The notes below the pieces were generated by a model. The model did no database searches. It was not told the DNA's origin and saw only the letters and a list, made by a program, of their open reading frames with translations. A DNA stretch of 63,273 bases, counting the filler, from Folioceros fuciformis (Eukaryota), in assembly GCA_049999805.1 (NCBI GenBank). It is 7 parts of 7 records of this genome, joined end to end, with 100 filler letters (N's around TTAATTAATTAA, not from the genome) between each part and the next. Parts side by side here need not be neighbours in the genome. Positions count along the whole stretch, not along the records: positions 1 to 4,385 come from JBNGIO010004179.1; positions 4,486 to 8,601 come from JBNGIO010004180.1; positions 8,702 to 31,533 come from JBNGIO010004181.1; 4 more parts are not named here. One strand, written 5' to 3'. The first letter of the stretch is position 1, and each line of letters opens with the position of its first letter. Made by a program: the position numbers and the translations under genes. Below are positions 1 to 12,075 of the stretch, piece after piece.

Positions 1-1544
1 CTCCCCTGTAGACCACCCACATTTCCCGCCGCTGTCAGCGATGCCCACACCTCCGCAACCGCAACACCACCCACAAAAACCAATAGCAAGCCACAAACCT
101 CGACCTCCACCACCCCAACCCCGCATGCCTGCTGCCCAGCAGAACATTCCTAAAATATTCCTCCGCGCTACCTCGCCCCAAACATAAATCACTGAAGCCA
201 ACAATGCACAGTGCATTCCAGATTCCCACACCAACGCGCCCACACACAGATCTTGCAATAAGACTTACTCACGATCCGCAGCGCCACAGCCTCATCTTCC
301 ACCTCCCGTCAGCCGGCCCCCCGCGCCCTCCGAATTTCCGCATCCTCCTGCAAGGACACGGGGAGAGAAGGGGCACCGGTGCAGCTGGAGAGAAACGGCA
401 AGCAACCTCAAGCCGCAGGTGGAGCGCAACGCGGAGGCCAGGTGGAGCGATCGTCCATGCTTATCCACAGCGCAAGCAGAGACGCCGCGTAGCCGGAGTC
501 GACTCCCGCGCCGCTAGGAGCAGGACATGAAGCAAAGGCTCGGAGGAGCAAGATGAGAAGAGAAGGGCCAGGCCAAGGTCGGGGCCGACGCCGATGCCGG
601 GGCCGGGGCCTGGGCCTGGGCCGGGTGACGTCCCACCCCGCTTTCAGCCCCCATTGCGCCGGGCCCGGCCCCACATGGTGGTCAGATCAGGTCAGTCGCC
701 CGTTAAAAAATCGAGGCAAGGTTGGGCGCCGCGCAAACATAATGCGCCCGCGAGTCCATTCCCACTCCCGGCGAGAGAGAGTCTGGAAAGCGAGCTGTTG
801 ACGGCTCGAATCCGCTGCGTGCTTGCTTGCTACGTCTCGTCATGATTGGGACGCACGTATGTGAGGATCGGAGATATGGTACTACGATAGCGTAACGTAT
901 ACAATGTTACTGTTCGCAGCGTAGTAGGCGGCCCTGATTTTAAATGTGCAACGGACAAGTAGCACAACCGGCTAACGCCGGGGACTCCACAGCCCCACCC
1001 CCCCAAGCCGCAACGGGCTCCGCGTTTCCCACGCACCCCGCCGATTTTCTCGCAGCTCACGCCACGAGGTGTCAATGGCCCCACTTCCTCTTATTTTGCC
1101 CTCCCACCTGCCTCCTCTGGTCCTACTCTTGCTCCGCAACCACATGTGAGGTGCTTGATTTTACCACCCCACACCTACGTATGTATGTCTCTACCTTTCC
1201 AAGTGTCGTACGTACGAACTGTACAACATTTTGAGAAGAGCACTCAGTGCCTGGGGAAAAGCTCGGGGTACAAAGCCCATGTCAAACACTAGACTTTCTT
1301 AGGAAGCTTACCACCCTGGACAATGTCTCAAAGTGGAAATGGCGTAGTAGATGCAAAAGCTGATGGAGGGCACAACAACTCTTTGTATCTTAGGAGTTAC
1401 AGGCTAAGGTGGACGAGGGGGTTACGCCCCATTCTTGGCTTTTCCCCATTGTGGGTTGTTCCCCTTGTCTCAAGGTAGATGGAACTTCCATTTGTTTTTT
1501 TGCATAAAGTCTTCAAGAATCTCTAGTAGTGGAATACCTCCACC

Positions 1545-2185
1545 GATCATCACACAATGCCTAAGAAGGCTCAATTGATCATCACACAATGCCTAAGAAG
1601 GCTCAATTGATCATCGCACAGTGCCTAAGAAGGCTCAACTGATCATCACATAGTGCCTAAGAAGGCTCAACTGATCTATCACACGATGCCAAATTGCCCC
1701 CATATAAAATATTATCGCATTATTACAGACTCGTAATTCCAGGCCGCAATGAGTCTAGCTCAGGCAAGAGTGGATCCTTTCGCTCAAGGCCCTAAGGTTG
1801 TGGTGGCACGGGGTATGTTAGCTAAGGGTTGGTCATTGTCTACTCTCTTTCTAGCTCGTCTTTAGGTTTTGTGAACTCTACTACCACTTAGACAAAAGGG
1901 CTCTACTTATCCTCCAACCTGCCTAAGAAGGCTCAACTGATCATCACACGATGCCAAATTGTCCCCATCTAAAAATATTATCACATTATTACAGACTCGC
2001 GGTTTCAGGCCGTAATGAGTCTAGCTCAGGCAAGAGTGGATCCTTTCACTCAAGGCCCTAAGGTTGTGGTGGCACGAGGTATGTTAGCTAAGGGTTGGTC
2101 ATTGTCTGCTCCCTTTCTAGCTCGTCTTTAGGTTTTGTGAACTCCACAACCACTTAAACAAAGGGGCTCTACTTATCCTCCAACC
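1545..2185. repeat. 32-bp tandem repeat (about 4 copies, 1545-1672) followed by a ~265-bp direct duplication (~1654-1920 / ~1920-2185)
   Basis: The unit GATCATCACACAATGCCTAAGAAGGCTCAATT recurs at 1545, 1577, 1609 and 1641. The block GCCTAAGAAGGCTC...CTCTACTTATCCTCCAACCT occurs twice with a few substitutions. Confidence 0.85.
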
Positions 2186-3827
2186 TCATGGACTCACCGT
2201 CTTTGGGCTTTTGAGGAGATCAAATTAATTATCTTCATAATCTTAGAGCAATGGTAGGCAAAGTTTGAGTCCATCTGATGGATTTCCTCTTCCACATTGG
2301 CTTTGAGGATTGTCTATTCCTTCCTCCGCTAGCTCTTTGGCAGCCTGGCATGATTGGTGGTAGCCACTCATCTCTCAGGGTCCTTAAGAAATGCTATAGC
2401 ACTTCTAAGGCAGGAGTAGTAGTTACCTTCAACCAAGTCTTCTAATGCTCCGTATGTTCTTGGTGTTTGAATTCCAACATTTGAAATCCGACTTGGAGGT
2501 CAACCATCTTTAAGTTATCTTGTTTTGGAGGTCAACCATCTTTCAGTTATCTTGTTTCTGCTCTTAGAGAAATGTCTCATGATTTTGAAGATTCTTGGTG
2601 ATGTCTGCTATTAACAATGTCTAATGAAAAAGAGGTTTCTTCTCACACTACGTTTTGTATCTAAGGATTTTTTCCATGTCAGCTATTTTGAAAAGTTTGG
2701 GCTTTTTTACATAAATATAAATATGTATGATTTTAAAAATTACTGGATTTAGGGTTTTCAACCAACAAAGCTATTCTTAGGTCTAGCTAAAATAGAAATG
2801 TAAAGAGTTTTCATACAACGTGCTCAAAATTCTATTGGTGCACAAAAATACATTCAATTATCTCATGCTCTTAATCCACATGTCATGCTAGAAAGAGATG
2901 ATATTAATCTACATTTAGAGTCGGGCCTAACCCAAACATCTTAAGATGTAAAATATATCAAAGATTCTCACTACTTTTTCAAGGTTTAGATAATGGGTTT
3001 AGATAACGAGGATAAAGATGAGCACTAGTAGACGTGAGCTCTTATTTAAATTACAAAAGTGTGTAGATAGAATTAAAAATGGTAAAAAAATCTTCAAAAT
3101 ATAAAAACAAAAAAATAATAGAAAATAAAACTAAAAATATGAAAATTTTGGAGGGAGTAGTGTGCAATCAGGTACGCAACTNNNNNNNNNNNNNNNNNNN
3201 NNNNNNNNNNNNNNNNNNNNNNNNNNNNNNNNNNNNNNNNNNNNNNNNNNNNNNNNNNNNNNNNNNNNNNNNNNNNNNNNNTGTGGGTTGGTCGGTGTGC
3301 ACTAGTGCAAGCCATCTAGCCACTGGGATGAATTTGTATGCCAACCAGCTCACCGGGTGACATTACAAGGATAGTCAACTTCTAGCGTGCACTTGTTTTC
3401 ACTAGTTGGTTCTTTGGGCGCATTTGTGTGCACTACTCTCTCAAAAAATGAAGTTTAGAGTAGTTGGGTCCCAATTGGATAGTTGAAGAATGGGCTGGTG
3501 CACATAAGTGTGTACTAAGAACCATCTAGTATAAATAACAACTATATGTTGGTTTCTCCATACGCACTTCTAGGTGCTAGCTAGTTCTTTACATGCACTT
3601 GTGTGCGCTAGATAGTTCTTACCACATAAAAGTGTGTGTTCGCAATTGGTTGGTACATACTTGCACGTACTAATGGGTTGATTCAAAGTCTTCCAAACAT
3701 TAGAAGAAGGAAAAAAGAGAAGGCAAAACCCTAGGATTGAAATCTCTAGCCCTTTAATTAACAATTTGTTTAGGCATTCAAGATCATAAATATTCTTCAT
3801 ATTAGGCGTGTATATGTTCTTTTAGTC

Positions 3828-3944
3828 TACACGATTCGATAAAGAGTTATCTAAGGCTATGGGTATGCTAGGATAACAGGTATACACGATTTGATAAAGA
3901 GTTATCTAAGGCTATAGGTATGCCAGGATAACAGGTATACACGA
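3828..3944. repeat. ~54-bp tandem duplication
   Basis: TACACGATT(C/T)GATAAAGAGTTATCTAAGGCTAT(G/A)GGTATGC(T/C)AGGATAACAGG occurs twice in tandem. Confidence 0.8.
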
Positions 3945-4385
3945 TGAACCTCCAAAGTTTGGGGTAGTAGTTTGTTTTGGTTGAAAAAGGGTTAATAGTG
4001 GTATGGTTTGGTTTTCTTTTTCAACTTATGTTCCCTAATTTTCCTTGATTTTCTGGTCATTTTTCCTATTTTTCTTTGTGCTAATTGGGTTAATTGACCA
4101 GGAAATAGTGGGTTTGGTTATAAGAGTGGGTATAGGTTTGGTCCCAGACCTGGGAAGGTTTAGGTTCGGTACGAGGCCATAGGGTTGGGTGATTAGTTTA
4201 ATATTAATTAAAGGTATATAATATTAAATGATTAAATAATAATATAATAATATTAAATAATAAAAATAATATAATAATGGTTTGAACATAGGAACGGGTA
4301 TTTGGGTATGTCAGTGTCAGGGGTCAGGGTCTGACGATAGGCTGGCTGATTGCTTGGCTGGCATGAACGGCCATGGAGGCCATGC
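3945..4385 (+). mobile_element. Start of an LTR, same family as the solo LTR at 34783-36889; truncated by the contig end
   Basis: GAACCTCCAAAGTTTGGGGTAGT...GGTCCCAGACCT...GGTTTGAAC aligns by eye with about 34786-35270. Confidence 0.8.
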
Positions 4386-4485
4386 NNNNNNNNNNNNNNN
4401 NNNNNNNNNNNNNNNNNNNNNNNNNNNNNTTAATTAATTAANNNNNNNNNNNNNNNNNNNNNNNNNNNNNNNNNNNNNNNNNNNN
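4386..4485. other. Artificial contig-joining linker (N44 + TTAATTAATTAA + N44); identical blocks at 8602-8701, 31534-31633, 39164-39263, 53425-53524 and 58739-58838
   Basis: The same 12-mer, with stop codons in all six frames, is centred in a 100-nt N block six times. Plain 100-N gaps lie at 3182-3281, 27682-27781, 33127-33226, 56055-56154 and 61279-61378. Confidence 0.95.
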
Positions 4486-5800
4486 ACCATTATCCGTGCA
4501 GAGTACCTTGAGTAGACAGCCTGACTGCCTCTACACCATAGGCAACCATTCCCGGAAAAAATCTAGTGTGTCACTCTTCAGATGCATCAGGTAGGTCCAT
4601 GAATATCTACTGAAATCATCCGTAATTGTTAGATAATACAGGGCACCTCCAAGGGAGGGCTTGTGGAGTTTGCCAGAGATATCCGCATGGACTAACTCCA
4701 ATAGACCTGTTGCTCTGTATGCATGTCTTGGAAACGGGGGCTCCCTCTGCTTGGCTAAAATACAAGACTCGCAGACGGGAAGATCCTTGAAGTAGGGTGG
4801 CAAGGGTTCCCTGTGGCAAGATTGCTTTGACATATCTATCAGCTTTTGGCGGTTAGCATGCCCTAAGCGTGCATGCCACAGTGATGCCAAATGTTGTGAA
4901 TTCAGAGGGGCAGCGCCTGTAGAGTAAGCAGCAGGTGGCCGAACACACTGCACAGCTAGCCTGTACAGGTCATCTGCAATTGGTTAGTCAGCATGCGGTG
5001 AGGACCCTTCACACCGTCTCTTCACACAAACAGCACCACTTCGATTCTCCCTCGTGCCGTTTCAGCTTTCTGCAGCGGAAGTTTCACAAGAGAACTGATT
5101 CTTGGCGCTCTAGGGCCAAGGCTCGGCTCAATTCACACACTTTGAAGTTCAATTGGGTCATCATTTCTGCCATTCTACTGATTTCCTGTGTAAAATCGGT
5201 GTTGGTAGCCAGGCGGCTGATGTCAATCTTCAAATCTGTGTATGTTTCGTCGATTTTCTGCCCAAGGCTCTCATCAGTTTCTTGGATGTCGTTCTTAAGA
5301 GATTCTTGCCGTGACAGCAACATGGTAAGTGTCTTCTCAACTCTCGTGGCCACTGCCAGTGATTGAAGCGCAATGCCTTCAGTACTGCTGTCTGCCGGTC
5401 TCGAAGTTGATCGCTTTTCCCTGTTGTCTACAGATCTGGAAGCCTAAAGAATTGATTCGACTCCAGGAATTTCTGGCCTCCTATAGGATAGTTCTGGATT
5501 TTGTCCTCTCTATATACAGCGTGCCCTGAACAAAGTGTCTATATGCTGATTTGGAAAGGGAAATCTACGCTGTTGAGAGCGGTTTGGACCAGAATGCCTA
5601 TTGGCTAGGTTTTTGAGCCAGAGTAATCCTGCTCATAGAGATCTAGCACTGTCTCCGTAGATAGGTATCGTGGATTTTGTGGGTAGGTGCCCTCAATGTG
5701 TCCACGAACACTTCTACGGTTGCTCCTCGTACTGCGATTACCTGATCTCGGCATTTTCTATAAATGTAAATGGTAGATCAAGCATAGCTCTGATACCATG
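4486..5800 (-). mobile_element. Ty1/Copia 5' part: LTR edge, tRNA-iMet PBS (5787-5798), and a pre-integrase/integrase fragment (4531-4953); canonical gag-protease not seen
   Basis: GCTCTGATACCA|TG is the reverse complement of CA-TGGTATCAGAGC. The ORF has LWHARLGH, CESC, LELVHADI and ITDDFSRYSWTY Copia integrase motifs. Confidence 0.85.
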
Positions 5801-5962
5801 TTTCTTTTGTAAGCTGACGAGCGTACAAGATAAACTTTCATCAAAATAAATAAAATGAATACAAAAAGTGTTTGAGTTGTGTCTTTTATACTTGACTAGA
5901 TAACGCTTCACTTAACCCTAACGACCGTTACTTAACTAGAGGTTGGCTTTACCTCCAACAAA

Positions 5963-6190
5963 AACCAACACATTCTTTCAACTTTGTGCGACACTAGCAA
6001 AACCAACACATTCTTTCAACTTTGGCTCGCACATGGACTAACCATTACACATTCTTTCAACATGGACTAACCATTACNNNNNNNNNNACATGGACTAACC
6101 ATTACACATTCTTTCAACATGGACTAACCATTACACATTCTTTCAACTTTGGCTCCCACATGGACTAACTGGCTCCCACATGGACTAACT
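5963..6190. repeat. Short tandem repeat (ACATGGACTAACCATTACACATTCTTTCA-like, ~29 bp)
   Basis: Several near-identical copies lie around a 10-N gap. Confidence 0.75.
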
Positions 6191-6562
6191 ATTCTCGGTA
6201 TTGGTTCTTCATTAGATTGTTTTTTTTCATGTAGTTTTTCCAATCTCTTCCTACTAATAAAGTCTGAATTTTATTATCTAACTATAAAAATAATTCTTAT
6301 TTCAATTATTAAATATGTTTTAAATTTATCTTCTAATGAGAAACATCTAAGTACCATGTCTTATGCTTGCACGAACATAAAACCACATATCCGTCAAGAA
6401 CATATCGTGTTCGTCCGTTTCAGTTATAAAATAGCTTCTACTTGTTCTACTTATCGTCTTATGCAGCCTCGATATTCAGTGTAGAATAAGTTACAAGAGA
6501 ACTAAAGGACCTAGGGAAGGAGAGGGGACGACCGGTTGAGAACACAGTGGAAGCTCCCGTGG

Positions 6563-8335
6563 TTAGATCAAACCCCCAAGCATCAAGAGCAGCAAAATGA
6601 GCTTGGTGGACGGAATGATGGTGGTCTGGGAGGACGGGAACAGGGCACCCAGCGGTGGAGCAGGCGCCTGCAAATCGGCCAGCAGGCCGCAATAGAGCAA
6701 GTTTGCAGGTGGAACTTTCTCATTGCCATTTACCGCCTCGGCGCCAGCCTGCCTATCCACCACGCGCATATAGAGCTCCTGGCCCAGATACTGATTTTGC
6801 AGGAGCTGAGAGCGGATGTTCCACATTCCCGCATTGTTCAGCTCCACCTGCACCGCAGTCCAGGCGCCGGGCAGGACCTGCACTGTGGAGCGTACAACTG
6901 CATTCCACTTGTTGTACTGGCTGCGCTTATCCGGGCTCCACACTCCCTGGTCGAAGCCCAACACGAAGAAGGCGTATCCGTCCAGGTGCCATGTGTTGAC
7001 ATTGCTGTCGTTGTTCTGGAACACAATCTCGATGTTAGACTCATATTCGCCTTCGATGACGGGCACCCCCAGTACTCCAGTCCCGGAGTCATCTGGCAAG
7101 GACGGAAAGCTCCCGGGTATGAACACGTCCGGCACCTGCTTGTAGTCTGCCAGCTTCAGAGGCGTCGATGGCGCTTGGTAGGACACACCGTTCACAGCGT
7201 ACCGCTGCCGGCCTGATATCACAGGGTCAGATGCTACCAGCAGGTATGTTGCGTTGATTGGGATGCTGCCATACTTGTAAGATCCCTGCGGGTTAGGCCT
7301 GGCCGCGCCTGCGCTGAGGTTCCACGTCACAGACCGGAGCTGCTCCATAGCAAACCAGAACTGGCTGATGGAGTTGGAAAACTCATATTCGTAGGGGAAC
7401 ACGCCGACTGGTGAGACAGTCGATCCTGTATAATGCATCACAGCCACGCCAGAAACATTCCATTCCGACTGATTCACAAATCGAGGCGTCGCCACAATGT
7501 AGAAATCTGCGGGGATAGTGTAGTTAGCCGTGACCAACACAGAATAGGACTGGCCTACGTGTATGTCCAGCGAGGTGTAATTCTGCTGCGAAGTGTAGGA
7601 ACCCTCTGTCTCCACCAGCTGCATCAGATGGCCCTGTATCATGAAATTGAGACAGGTTGCAATACCGACGTTGGATATCCGAAGCCTGTAGGTTGCGCCC
7701 GAAGTCACCTCGACGGAGGTGAAATCTCCCCCGCTCCCGTAAGGCCCCTTCCCATTGATGTGAACGCCGTCGGGATACCCGAGAACCGAGCCACTGTCCA
7801 ATTGCGCCTTAAGAGCTTTGTGACTAGTTGTATACCAGTCCCCGATCAAAATGACGTAGTCTCCTGCAGGTGCGTGGAAGGGCAACGCAATTGTTGCGCG
7901 GTTGTTGATGATGATACCTCCAAACCCTCCCGCTGCTTTCTGAAAATAAGTTGTCGGGAAGTAGTAGAAGCTCCCGATCTGGTCCTTCAACTGGAACTGG
8001 TACGTCCAGTTCGTCTGAGGTTGGATAGGACAATTGGTGCCGAGGACGCCATCCTGCCACGAGTTCTTGCGCATCTGGATGCCGTCGAATGTCACCAGAA
8101 ACGGCTCGTCCAACGTGTTGATGATGTTGATCCGCAAGTTGTGGTTGGTCGTGGTGTTGATCACCGGGCCGGGGAACTCCCCGTTGATAGCAATTACCTG
8201 CTGCGGTACGCCAAGCACCGTGGCTGTGATGTAGGAAACATTCCAAAGAAAAACGTCTGTAGGATCGCCTCCACTAACGGGTTCCAGCAATGTGCACAAC
8301 AACACCAGGAGAGCCGCAACCACTTCGTTTCCCAT
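6563..8335 (-). CDS. SKU5: SKU5/SKS-family multicopper-oxidase-like protein, 590 aa, signal peptide and probable GPI-anchor tail; single exon
   Basis: Motifs GVPQQVIAINGEFPGP, RKNSWQDGVLGTNCPI, KDQIGSFYYFP, LVETEGSYT, WNLSAGAARPNPQGSY, WHLDGYAFFV and GMWNIRS. N- and C-termini are hydrophobic. Confidence 0.93.
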   Translation of the reverse strand: MGNEVVAALLVLLCTLLEPVSGGDPTDVFLWNVSYITATVLGVPQQVIAINGEFPGPVINTTTNHNLRINIINTLDEPFLVTFDGIQMRKNSWQDGVLGTNCPIQPQTNWTYQFQLKDQIGSFYYFPTTYFQKAAGGFGGIIINNRATIALPFHAPAGDYVILIGDWYTTSHKALKAQLDSGSVLGYPDGVHINGKGPYGSGGDFTSVEVTSGATYRLRISNVGIATCLNFMIQGHLMQLVETEGSYTSQQNYTSLDIHVGQSYSVLVTANYTIPADFYIVATPRFVNQSEWNVSGVAVMHYTGSTVSPVGVFPYEYEFSNSISQFWFAMEQLRSVTWNLSAGAARPNPQGSYKYGSIPINATYLLVASDPVISGRQRYAVNGVSYQAPSTPLKLADYKQVPDVFIPGSFPSLPDDSGTGVLGVPVIEGEYESNIEIVFQNNDSNVNTWHLDGYAFFVLGFDQGVWSPDKRSQYNKWNAVVRSTVQVLPGAWTAVQVELNNAGMWNIRSQLLQNQYLGQELYMRVVDRQAGAEAVNGNEKVPPANLLYCGLLADLQAPAPPLGALFPSSQTTIIPSTKLILLLLMLGGLI

Positions 8336-8701
8336 CCCTTTCCGCTCTTAATTGAACCACAGAAAGGTCAACAAATTGCAGCTGTTGCCACAAGAACTTG
8401 CACACGCTCTAGGAAAACGCTTTTCCTACTTCTGGAACAAGGGAAATCCAGGACCTGGTGTCTTAGTCTGGACAAAGAGCCTCTTGACTCCTTCTTTAGC
8501 TTCCATTCTCCGTCTAGATCCTCAGAACCAAGCCCCAGCAACAGAACACGCACCCTGCAGCACTGCCGAGCTCAATGAAGCAGAGTAGGCACATTCGCGA
8601 CNNNNNNNNNNNNNNNNNNNNNNNNNNNNNNNNNNNNNNNNNNNNTTAATTAATTAANNNNNNNNNNNNNNNNNNNNNNNNNNNNNNNNNNNNNNNNNNN
8701 N

Positions 8702-9118
8702 AGATTGGATGTGAGCAAGATTAGAAAGAAGAGGATTTCCAAGTCCTCAGTTCTAGGGTTTAGTAAATCAGCAGGAGCGTTAACCGAAAGTCAAAAGAAG
8801 AGGATCTCCAAATTTGAGGAGATTTAGCATATTGCCCAAGAACGGTTGAATGAAATTGTTGGGGACCCAATCAAAATCACACTTCGTGATGGTTCCGTGA
8901 GAGATGGGGTTAAATGGCGAACTTCACCCCTCACCATTGCCAAGCAAACTTCCAAACAATTGGCAACGGCCGCTCTCATTTCGGAGGTTGATGGTGTCTT
9001 TTGGGACTTAGGAAGACCCTTGGAGGGAGATTGTTAGCTTAAAATATTTAATTTCGGTGACAAAGAAGGACGAGACACATTTTGGCATTCTAGTGCTCAC
9101 ATCCTAGGGCAGGCATTG
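8702..9118 (+). pseudogene. Threonyl-tRNA synthetase N-terminal (TGS) fragment with in-frame stops
   Basis: Translates as RISKFEEI*...DPIKITLRDGSVRDG...[38 protein letters not shown], which is the ThrRS TGS domain plus the HSSAH motif. Similarity ends abruptly near 9118. Confidence 0.88.
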
Positions 9119-9899
9119 GGCTCCCGACACCTCGAGCACCCTTGCTGAGTGGCCACACCCACTATCGTTGTAGGATTCCTTGGTCCATCCCCGTGAGTGA
9201 TTTGCTGGTCCTGGTGGCAAAAACTAACAACGCCACTGATGAGATCTTTGGAATGAAGGGCAAGAGTGACAATTTCCTCAGGATGAAAGACTGAAGCCTT
9301 AAAAAATCAGCACAAGAATAGCTTCACAGCCAAGTCTGGAAACGCCACCCTAGGCTCCCTCAAACACTAGAAATCCACACTATACTCATCTCATCTTATA
9401 CTCCTAGCCTTCCATCTATTTTCAGTTAGGGGCCTAGGCACCAATAGCGTAATTTAAGCAATCTAAAAAGCAAATCCCATCTAATCAGGAGGCCACCAAC
9501 TATTCTTAGTTTCCAGCAGTAACTCAGCCTCCCTAGCCTAGCCTATCTCCTCCCCTAGCCATTGCGCAATCATCTCCTGGCCTCTCGTTGCTGCTCTCCA
9601 CCTAATCTTGTCACTGTTGCCTCTTGGAATCCTGCAAGGGTGAAGCATTAATGTCTTCAACAAAAGGGTGCTTCACTCCCTTGGATACCACTATAGAAGG
9701 GTGGGCTAAGGCTGGATCACTCTGCAGAGGAAGATTCTCTGCTCCTCAAGACTCCACGACAGGCGACAGCACCAACTATTTGTCTTTCTCTAGGTCCTAA
9801 TCTTTTCGTCCCGCATAGGGTCCCCATCGGTGCATGTAGGCTTCCTCCCTGTCTGCACAGTTCTATCTTCCGTCGCCTCTTGCACCTTTACTCGCTCTC

Positions 9900-12075
9900 T
9901 TCCCGCCTCTGTAGAAGGTTCTCCTTCCTCCTGTTGTCCTGCTCCACCGTTCGTAGGTTGACTCCCTCCTGCCTCCGTAGGTGGTTCGACAACAAGTTCC
10001 TTTTGTGGCGGTAGGTCTGCAAGGTCAGTCAGCGTCTCAGCGGCTTCTCTCGCTCATTCCTCTTCCTCCTGCTCAGGTACCTCCTCCCACTCAAAATCTT
10101 CCTTATCCATGTCATTGTCTTCCGTCCATTCTGTCACGGGAGGTATGGACTTCTTCAGCTCAGCTCGGTCATCGTCATGAGGCTCAATAGCCTTCCTCTT
10201 CGTAATCTTCAGCAGCTCCTAGTTGGTCTTCAAAATCTTGTTGTATAGGTGCACCCTTTCCTCCTCCAAAGTCAACTTGAGTTCTTCCAAATCCAGAGGG
10301 TCACCTTGCAAACGCTGCTAGTAGGCATCTCTCTCCAAGGTCAGTCTTCCTACCTTCAACTATAGGGCCACATTCTCTTCCTGTAGGAGACAAAGTTGGG
10401 TAAGCAAACCAAACCATAGTCCACTCGGAACCTACGCTTCCTAACAACCAACATCTTGTGAATCTGGGAGGCATGTTGAAGTTCTAAGTTCTCCTTCTGC
10501 TACTCCACCTCCTCAAATCTCAAGTGATCCTTCTTTCTCTCCTGCTGTAGGCAAGACTGTTCTTTAGTCAGTCGTTGAATCTCTACGTCTTTGTTCTTTA
10601 CTTCATTCTTGCGCCCTTCCAGCAGAGCCTCCAAATTTCGTGGGTGTGACACCCTCTCTTGCAGTGTAGCCTCATCTTGCTGTTTCTTCTCTTCCAAAGT
10701 CACAACTTGCTGACGTGTTTCCAATAATTCAGACTGAGTAGTGTCCAGTGAGTGCTTTAGCTCAACGACTTGGGCCCGCAACTAAATCTGTAGGTCTCCT
10801 TGCTATTGGTTAAGCTACATGAGATCTTCTCGTTCCACCTCCTAATCATTGATGAATACGCGCAGATAGTTGGCTTCCTCCTTCCCTTCTTTCTTCAGAT
10901 CTTCTAATGTTCTCCTTGCTACTTGCTAATCAATCTTACTAATCTTCACACAGTACTCCAGCATCTCACATAAGGGATCCCTCTTCTCTCGCTCTTGGTC
11001 TTCCTCCTCTTGTGGTGGGCACTCTTCAGGGGTCGGGTTCTCTTGAGTAGGTGGCTCCATCTCTATTGGACTCTCTTTTGGAGGGGCTGGTGACATGAGA
11101 AATCTCGATGATTCGCTCCCTTCCTAACACCAGGGACTTTCCCCTCCTTCTGCTTGCGAGAGGCACTGCTCCTCCGTCTTCTTCCCTACCCGCGCGTAGG
11201 TTGAGTATGGTACTGCCATGGTAGGTTGGCTTCCCTACCCCTCCTGACCTATAGGCTCCACATCTCTCAAGGTAATGACTGCAAAGGGTCCCTTTGCCTC
11301 TGCATATTCATCATCTGTCAGCAGCCCTTCAGTAGACCAGACATGTACTAGATAAGGGGTCAAATAGCAGGGTTGAGCTCCTCCTTCATCTGTAGTATTG
11401 GGTCGTAACAGCTTCTCCCTGTGGTAGGTGTAGGCTTCATACATGATAAGTCCCCAATCTGGTTTCTCCCCTTGAGTCACTCTCCTCAGAAAATGCAGAA
11501 AACTATTGATGAAATAAGAAGTATGCTGGTAATTGACAAGACCCAAGACAATTTTAGTAAACAATTTCCACTTGTGATCCTTGATCTGGTCTGTCCTCCA
11601 GCCATTCTTGGTCTTGGCCTGCAATCCTCCAACCAACATGTCCATTGCTCCATCTGGAGGGAAGGTGTTGAAGACCTTTTACCATTTGTAGTTTTGTCTG
11701 CCAAGCTGATGCCATCACTCTTTGACTCGGGCCTTCCATAGACCTAATGAATACTCTTCACTATCCAGCACCGAGGGTCTGTCCTAGCATTCCACTCAGG
11801 TAGGGCTGCGAATGGCTCATCCGTTTACTGCAAGTTCCTGTAATACTCCGCCACCAAACCTTGATGAGAAAAAGCCCAATGGCGCCCATAAATCCACTGC
11901 AACTGGATGTTGCCCTCTCTTGCCCAAGGTTGACACTCCAGGCGGTCGCGAGGGTTCAACTACCCTCCAAAACAAGTGAAAGTTTGGACAGGGATTGCGG
12001 AGCTACTTCCTTCTCCTCCCCTCCAATTTCTGTCATTTTGCCCAACATGAGTTGTCTTGGTCATCCTGGCCATCT
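9900..12075 (-). mobile_element. Degenerate transposon-associated ORF (globular region followed by a long coiled coil), broken by many stops
   Basis: ORF remnants at 11235-11645 (GEKPDWGLIMY) and 10500-10781 (coiled coil) with many TAG/TAA interruptions. It resembles the accessory ORFs of large plant LTR elements; the family is not identified. Confidence 0.4.

Noticed and set aside
1-1250. Several overlapping GC-rich ORFs
   Set aside because: They are low-complexity (GGGCC-type repeats) with no recognisable protein.
1545-1672. 32-bp repeats that superficially resemble a CRISPR array
   Set aside because: The units are directly adjacent with no unique spacers, there are no cas genes, and the context is eukaryotic.
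4430-4441. TTAATTAATTAA palindrome recurring six times
   Set aside because: It is always centred in N runs, so it is a synthetic six-frame-stop linker. Apparent clustering across these joins is meaningless.
7433-8578. 381-aa and 226-aa (6536-7216) ORFs antisense to SKU5
   Set aside because: No recognisable domain. Long antisense frames are expected opposite a GC-rich coding sequence.
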